Positions 56,701 to 64,000 of a DNA stretch of 64,000 nucleotides are shown here, piece after piece (positions within the stretch are counted from its first letter, which is position 1; every line of letters begins with the position of its first letter). The stretch is from Eledone cirrhosa. Its lineage: Eukaryota. The notes beneath the pieces are model-generated. The model was not told where the DNA came from. It made no database searches and worked only from the letters and a program-made list of their open reading frames with translations. A program made the translations under genes and the position numbers. Location of the stretch: positions 150,970,001 through 151,034,000 of the forward strand of contig OZ024740.1 in assembly GCA_964016885.1 (NCBI GenBank). The letters run 5' to 3'.

Positions 56701-56882
56701 ACTCCTAATAACTGAATATATATATATATAGTAGAATAATCGAGTATCGAAAAATCGGCGCACGAGTTCACGATAAACAACATTCGAAATGAGCGGCAGA
56801 GGGCTCAATAATTCAGATAAATCAGAGCTATAACTATCGTTAAAATACCGTCACACATAGAACATATATATATATATATATA

Positions 56883-56959
56883 CAGGGTGTCTCATCAAAA
56901 TGCATGCATGCTTTTCTTCGAATGCTGTTGAAGTGTGTGTACATTTTCACGTCACCCTG
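56883..56959. mobile_element. tiny Tc1/mariner-type deletion derivative
   Basis: TA-CAGGGTG...CACCCTG-TA. Confidence 0.55.
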
Positions 56960-56968
56960 TAAATATAC

Positions 56969-57034
<66 letters not shown>

Positions 57035-57127
57035 CCAAAAGTTAAACAAGGTTCATTGATTAATCAATAGATATAGTTTTACAATAGATTAGAAGCACTC
57101 AACGGTAAAAGGTTTTCTGGAGTTATT

Positions 57128-57472
57128 AATATTAATTCAAAATATTAATAAATATAGACATTCACGTAATCAAAATATATTTTATTATATATATTTTGGA
57201 GGTACTGTGCTGTTTTTTAGTACGTCCTCATCAGATAAAATATATAAATTGATGTATGACGTACCTCAACTGTGCTGATGGTTCAATTCCAGTCTTGGCA
57301 ATCTACTGCCAAGACTGGAATTGAACCATCAGCACAGTTGAAGTATGTCATACAGCAATTTATATATTTTATCTGATGAGGACATACTGAAAAAACAGCA
57401 CAGTACCTCCGAAATATATATAATAAAATATATTTTGATTACGCGAATGTCTATATTTATTAATATTTTGAA

Positions 57473-57480
<8 letters not shown>
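57128..57480. repeat. fold-back palindrome, about 170 bp arms, 6-nt loop
   Basis: Centre cttggca-atctac-tgccaag; several mismatches between arms. Confidence 0.94.
57362..57433 (+). ncRNA. type I hammerhead ribozyme
   Basis: atatattttat CTGATGA GGA..TACT..AGTA..TCC GAAA TATATA TA ataaaatatat; 11-bp stem I; the mirror arm has AAAA for GAAA. Confidence 0.82.
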
Positions 57481-57536
<56 letters not shown>

Positions 57537-58301
57537 TAAAAGGAAAAGAAAATGCTGACAAATTGTTCCCAGTGAAAAATAGTTTATAATTTTTATTTAT
57601 TCCTAATTAAACTATTTTTCACTGGGAACAATTTGTCAGCATTTTCTTTTCCTTTTACCAATATATCATAACTCGTGTGTTACACCTCTATTCTTTTAAA
57701 TATATATATATAATTTATTCCGGGTTGAATCGGAGGTAACCACAGTAAGTAAGGTACTCAATATATAACAATATATATATATATTATGTAAAATAAGATC
57801 CACATGGCAATAGAGTGCATCTTATTCATTTTATTCAAGTCTTACTACACCATACTCATATAATTAGTTGAACGTGTTACCTCATATCACCGTTTCCAAT
57901 GTAAATTTGTGGTTCATTTTAACCTTCGGGTTTGATTTCCTATATATACTTGTGTGAAGTTTTATAGTAATAAGGTGAGCGTTTTACCTATATATATTCC
58001 TCCCTATTTTTACGAAGAAAAAGGCATTTATTATCAAAATGTTTACTCTGCTTTAATTTGACATTGATTCACCAGAGCGAAGTGCCCTTCTGAAAAGTAC
58101 CAAGGAAGAAAAAAGACTAAACAAACACACAAACGTAAGCAGCACAAACAGCAAAAGAGAAAAGAGTAAAGGCACCAAATCATGTAATTTAAAATAAAAT
58201 ATGCAACTGTCTAACACATATATGTTACACAAATAACGATAAATTTAAAGATAATATCAACAATAAGTAATTCATACAAAATTAGGAAGAGTTCATCCTA
58301 C

Positions 58302-58351
58302 CTGAGACTTGAGATAGGATCCCCATGATGTTTAGTGGTTGATGTAACCAT
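58302..58351 (-). CDS. candidate first coding exon segment (MVTSTTKHHGDPISSL)
   Basis: ATG with upstream in-frame stop, CAG|GTAGG donor, phase 2 compatible with 21949-22065; unique CpG-richer sequence. Confidence 0.3.
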
Positions 58352-58929
58352 TACCACTAGCTTTTCTTCGCGGCAGTGCTTTTACCATCTTCTCCGCGGC
58401 GCGCAGCTACGACATACCACCTAGATAGGGACGTGAAATCTGCCTCTCACTTTGAGCCTTTTCTATTATTGAATATATTTTTTCTTCATATTTCTATGCT
58501 AAATATTTATGTACATCAAAATAAAAATAATTCGATGAATTTAAACACATCAATTTAGATCGAGTACAAGAAGGAAATGCTCGGGGAGCAAAATCGCCAG
58601 TCGGCTAGATACCTTGTGAAACCCATCAAAAAGCAAAAAACACCAAAGAAACCAAAACGTACCCCAAGAAAAGGCATCCAAAAAGTGTTAGGATGGAAAC
58701 AACTTTTTCTCGTTTACAGAAGAAAAAAGAGAAGGACAATCAAGCAAAAACCTGGGCTAATTTCTGCATCACATAAACAAAACATTCAAATGAGAGATAG
58801 TAATTGGTGAGGGGCATGGCGCCGAGTAGGTGATACGTGGACCAGATAATGCTTTTTAGTCATGGGCCTTTTCATGCTCACTTCAACTTCGGAACTGCCT
58901 AAATTAAAAACAATTATTGTCATAAAAAG

Positions 58930-59130
58930 TGGCCGATTTGGAGAATCGTTAGGACGTCAGAAAAAATACTCTGCGGCATTTAATTCCGGCTCCTTAAGTT
59001 CTGCCGTCGAGGTCAGCCTTGTGTTTCTGCCTGCACGGATCGATACAATAAAGTACCGGTCAAGCATTGCGGTTGATTTAATCGACATCATTTCTCTTAA
59101 ACCTGCAGGTTTGGTGCCTAAATCAGAAAC
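58930..59130 (+). mobile_element. SINE family 1, diverged
   Basis: agaatcgttag..gaggtcagcctt..tcgatacaataaagtacc..gatttaatcgac. Confidence 0.7.
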
Positions 59131-59969
59131 AATTATTAATATCATCATAATCATCATCATCATCATCATCATCATCGGCATCCACATAGAATCAAGACTC
59201 TCCATTCTGGCTGCCATTTCAAGCAAGCAATTTCTTCGCTTGTACGACAAACCGAAATATCTGTTTAACAAAGTCATGTTTATTCATAAAATGTAACCAG
59301 ACTACAACCAACGCATGATTTTACACAGAATCAGCGTACAAAATAACCAACAGTAAGGTGGTGGTGTACTTAGGTGGGTGGGGAGGAAAAATGTACAAAA
59401 TCTTGGTCAATAGTCTCAGCAGTTTTCGCAACTGTCATACCATTTCAAGGTCTGTTGGCTTCGAGCATTATTATGAACAACATATGATGTTTAGTCCAAC
59501 TGTATTCTGTAATAAAACTTCAAAGATTGCATACGGTAACATCTGTGCAAAGTAACTTCCTGATATTTCATTGATATTCCAGGGATTAAGGGCAAAATAA
59601 ATCGAATTACTTTTTTTTTTTTTTCTTTGCTGGTCTTATCTCTGTCTCCTTTTCTCCGTTTGGCTATGTCTCTGTCTGCCTGTTTCACCCTCTCTATCAC
59701 TCTCATTTTCTATAGTCACAGACACAGACACAGACTCACTTACTATAGTCACAGACATATAAACACACACGCACACACACACACACACACACATAAGCAT
59801 ACATATATATGGCTAAACAAAAAGATAAATATGCATTCATGAACTTGCATATATATATATATACATAAATATAATCCATATTGTATTTTCTATGTCAGTT
59901 TCACTTGTAACGCCTAAAGTATTCTTAATGAATTAAATATCGGTTGTACAGGCACCGAGTGCACCATAG

Positions 59970-59983
59970 GTCTCCATGGCGAC
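59970..59983. promoter_or_regulatory. RFX X-box-like site
   Basis: GTCTCCATGGCGAC resembles GTNRCCATGGYAAC; lies in a short GC-richer unique patch. Confidence 0.35.
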
Positions 59984-60947
59984 CGGAAAAAAGGGAATCG
60001 GTCAGTCACTGTTTGTTACTTGATCATCTCCATCTCCCCTGCATTGTAGGCGGCGGCTTTATGGCTGAAACAAGACAAGAAATATTTTCGCAACATGTGG
60101 CCTCCAAGATAAGTGAAGCAGGAATACTCTAATGGTAATAGAAGTGTATATATGTAGGCATATACGTATGTTTATATATAATAGACATACATGAGTCTCG
60201 CTATTAATATTTTCAGTACTGGTCATATCACAGCTGTCTTAGTAGCTGTTTTTCTGCATCTTTATCCGTCACCGATGATGTTTATTCACTCGGTCCTGGG
60301 AACAAATAAGCTGTATACATTTTGCGCATAAAACATCTGTTGGAGATGCTATCAAAAACAAGGCTACTGAGATAACTATGACAAGATTTTATTAATGTAT
60401 GTTTATTATAAAAAAATATTGTATAGATGCTTTCATATACATCTCTATTTTTAATAACGCTATGGCAGTCCTAATGCCAATTAATATAGCAAGTGAAGTT
60501 ACACTATATGAAAATAAACGTCTTCAATAACCTTTTTATTACCAATTAATTATCTTTTGATGCGACACAATCTATTATTCCATATCATTCAGTTAGTACT
60601 GTCAGTGCGACATCCCGTACTACCCACTACAGCTAGCGGCCTTACTAGTCCATCCTTCTTTGCTACAATGTCTCTCTTGGATTCATTTTTCAGGCTAGCG
60701 ATATCAAGACTTTCGGGGTGCCAAAAGTTAACCAAATGACGTTAAATTCATTCTACCTACTCTATCTGTATGCTTGCAAACGAGGTTCTACATCACCTTC
60801 TATCATTCTTCATTAAGTCGTTTCTAAATTTTTGAAACGTTTATATCTATGTCCTCAGATTTCAGAATACCATACATTCTGAAGATCGGATGAAAGAGAG
60901 AACGCAGAGATTCTGTGATTACGCAAATATTTAATATTTGCTCTACG

Positions 60948-61002
<55 letters not shown>

Positions 61003-61094
61003 AAGAGATATTTAATTTGTTGGAAATCCAAGGATAACTTGAACCGTTAAGGTATATCATCTTTGGTCATGTCAAATATTTATAAAACATTTTG

Positions 61095-61156
61095 TATTTT
61101 ATCTGATGATAGCGTACCAAAATTGTTGGTACGCTTGAAATATATATAATAGAATA
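61095..61156 (+). ncRNA. type I hammerhead ribozyme
   Basis: tattttat CTGATGA tAGCGTACCAA..TTGGTACGCTt GAAA TATATA TA atagaata. Confidence 0.82.
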
Positions 61157-61389
61157 AATATGGTTTTATAAATATAGTTTCCATTTATTTAATATCAATT
61201 GTATATATATATATATATAATACAATATGTAGAAAAGATAACACACCAGAGAGAGATATAGTGCGCCATCAGTCAAACAGGGAAAAACCACCAGTGTATG
61301 GAATCTATAGCCCATGGAAGGTAAAGTAGACACACAATAATTAAAAGTATAAATCAAAGTGCAAATACGTACCTTGATAACTATCTAAC

Positions 61390-61472
61390 ACACACGTACA
61401 AATCCAACAGGATCTGTTTCACCAACTAATTTGTAGACAGAAATGATTAGCCTATGGTTCATCAGCGTGTGT
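61390..61472 (-). ncRNA. type I hammerhead ribozyme with full stem III
   Basis: acacacg CTGATGA ACCA..TGGT GAAA CAGATCC tgtt GGATTTG TA cgtgtgt. Confidence 0.85.
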
Positions 61473-61765
61473 AAGGCTATACATTTCAGACAACACTAAA
61501 AGAATCTAAAGCGACCGTCCTGCCAAACATGGTAGAGAGAAATTCACAGCGTGCTTAGAGCAGCAACCAGTGGACTCTGAGGGACGAGCTACTAGAAAGG
61601 GCAACCCAAACTACTCAGAGAAGTGTGCGCAACCAAACAGAGAGAGAGAGAAGAGACTGTTATATATATATATATATATATAACGAAGGAAATGTGGTAA
61701 GGAACCAGGTGGACCATAACGAAGGTAGGGTCGGAAAGTGCTCAGCTGTCGGGGTCTTACTGGTT

Positions 61766-61815
<50 letters not shown>

Positions 61816-61845
61816 ATCAAAAGATGGTTAAAGGAGTTCCATGTA

Positions 61846-61912
61846 TTTTATTATGCGCATTTCAAAAACAAACATCATCATGTAATAATATTTGTATTTT
61901 CATCAGATAAAA
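61846..61912 (-). ncRNA. type I hammerhead ribozyme
   Basis: ttttat CTGATGA AAAtACAAATATTAT..ATGATGTTTGTtTTT GAAA TGCGCA TA ataaaa. Confidence 0.8.
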
Positions 61913-62024
61913 ACAGGAGGACATGATATGAAGGCTAAAAAACACTTGTGGATAGTGCAGTTTTAAATCAACATATATATATATACATACATACATATAT
62001 ATATATACATATATATATATACAT

Positions 62025-62055
<31 letters not shown>

Positions 62056-62124
62056 TATATATATATATAGTGCAAATTTATACGGGAACAAAACAGAGAG
62101 GCAGACAAATAAAGGTTTATTAGG

Positions 62125-62259
<135 letters not shown>

Positions 62260-62324
62260 ATAAATATAAAAATGAGGCTGTTTGCATAATTGCAAACGAA
62301 TCGAATATTATTAGTAATATTCGA

Positions 62325-62520
62325 GGGCGATGGATTGGCACTATCAGTAGAGGGTCGGACGCCATGCTTTGCAGCAAAGAGTTACGGCCCTTTATGGTCT
62401 GAGTTCAAATCCTGCCGGCGTTAACTTTGCCTTTCATCCTTACGGGGTCGATAAAATAAAGTACCAGTAATACACTGTGATAATTGCTGGCCATGTGCCA
62501 AAAGTAGAAACAATTATTAA
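62325..62520 (+). mobile_element. SINE family 1
   Basis: Close to the family consensus; matches 14460-14640. Confidence 0.85.
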
Positions 62521-62538
62521 CATTCGAAAAACTCAGAT

Positions 62539-62569
<31 letters not shown>

Positions 62570-62571
<2 letters not shown>

Positions 62572-62768
62572 CAAAGAAATTGTGGTAAGGAACCAAATGG
62601 ACCATAACGCACCAGAGTACTCAATACTTAGGGTAGTAGAGTGGGAAATAGGAAAAAGTATGACCCACGACGGCAGAGCTCAAGCCGTTTCGCCGGCTAT
62701 TTCTGGACTCCAGAAATAGCCGTCGAAACGGCTTGAGCTCTGCCGTCGGGGTCATACTTTTTCCTATA
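62570..62768. repeat. fold-back module containing the 3' half of a hammerhead
   Basis: 62648-62768 palindromic around ctgga-c-tccag; GAAA CGGC..GCCG TC gggg retained, no CTGANGA. Confidence 0.88.
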
Positions 62769-63210
62769 TATATATATATGTGTATATATATGTATTTAGG
62801 GGTAATTAGTGGAATACTTACATTCAAAGTACCAAACTGCGCAAATTAAACGAAAAGTTAACGTATAACGCTATTTGAAATCCAATTCGCTAACCAGGGT
62901 TTGCTTGTAATTCTCAGTCGTATATTCTTTGTTCAAGAATTATGGGAGGGTCTAATATTTTATTTTTATTTTATTTCATTGAACTCTGAAAATTTGAAGG
63001 GCATCACCTGAATTTAAACACATTATGTTAACTACTACAACCAAAAACTCTTGCTTTAGCAATTCTCACAATTGATCTACATCACAGCCCAACACTTATC
63101 ACTTAGGCTATCGTTATGTATTTCATCGTATGATATTTTCGTTATATTTGTGATATCTATAATCAATAGTGTGTATATGTGTCATATACCCCCTCTCTTT
63201 ATCTATCTAT

Positions 63211-63277
<67 letters not shown>

Positions 63278-63308
63278 CACATACACACACACATATATAT
63301 ATATATAC

Positions 63309-63339
<31 letters not shown>

Positions 63340-63407
63340 TATGTATATATACGTATATATATATTCTTTATATACTTTATATATATATATGAATATATAC
63401 TTTATAT

Positions 63408-63442
<35 letters not shown>

Positions 63443-63507
63443 CTTTATATATATATGTATATAATTTATATATATATATGTATATACATATACTTTATAC
63501 ACACACA

Positions 63508-63543
<36 letters not shown>

Positions 63544-63708
63544 TATATATATATATATATTCTCACATACAATCATACATGCACGTATACGTAGGTGTGT
63601 AGAAGCTATTGGGAAATGTAAGAAACAAAACTGTGTAATGGGAACGCGCTATCGAGAAAGCGAGAAAGGCAAGTCACAGACAGAGAATGAGAGAGAGAGA
63701 GAGAGAGA

Positions 63709-63795
<87 letters not shown>

Positions 63796-64000
63796 GCTAG
63801 GAAGAAAGAGACAACAGAACGGTAAAACAGAAAAATAAAAGGGCATAGGTATAAAAGAAAAAGAAAAAAGAAATATCTAAGACGTCAAACGATTATCTTA
63901 GTCATTGGAATAGGGAAATAAGATGTCTCCAGATTTTTGTAAATAGATTTTGGTAATTGGTGCTGCTGAAGCTGTTGTCGTTGATGTGATGTTATTTGGT

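Noticed and set aside
58957-59277. 106-aa ORF as a host gene
   Set aside because: Over half is antisense SINE plus an (ATG)n tract.

Overview
AT-rich, microsatellite-saturated animal genomic DNA, probably cephalopod/Octopus (inferred from the SINE consensus and the (TA)n/(CA)n density; not verified). Nearly all short ORFs in the track are microsatellite or antisense artefacts. The window is dominated by retroelements: a young 5'-truncated Penelope-like element (PLE; RT + GIY-YIG) with inverted pseudo-LTRs, at least five decayed PLE fragments, a near full-length frameshifted L1/Tx1-type LINE plus two fragments, RTE, CRE and R4/Dong-type LINE relics, and three tRNA-derived SINE families. The most striking signal, read by eye, is about a dozen type I hammerhead ribozyme (HHR) motifs with canonical cores plus several variant or decayed ones. 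They lie in short non-coding modules inserted in (TA)n tracts, and many modules are fold-back palindromes (arms about 25-470 bp) with a one-sided tail, the same architecture as the autonomous PLE. Weak evidence also points to a minus-strand host gene (two phase-compatible exons 36 kb apart, upstream RFX X-box-like site) and decayed Sushi/FN3-like fragments. Repeat boundaries are approximate; no searches or folding programs were run.
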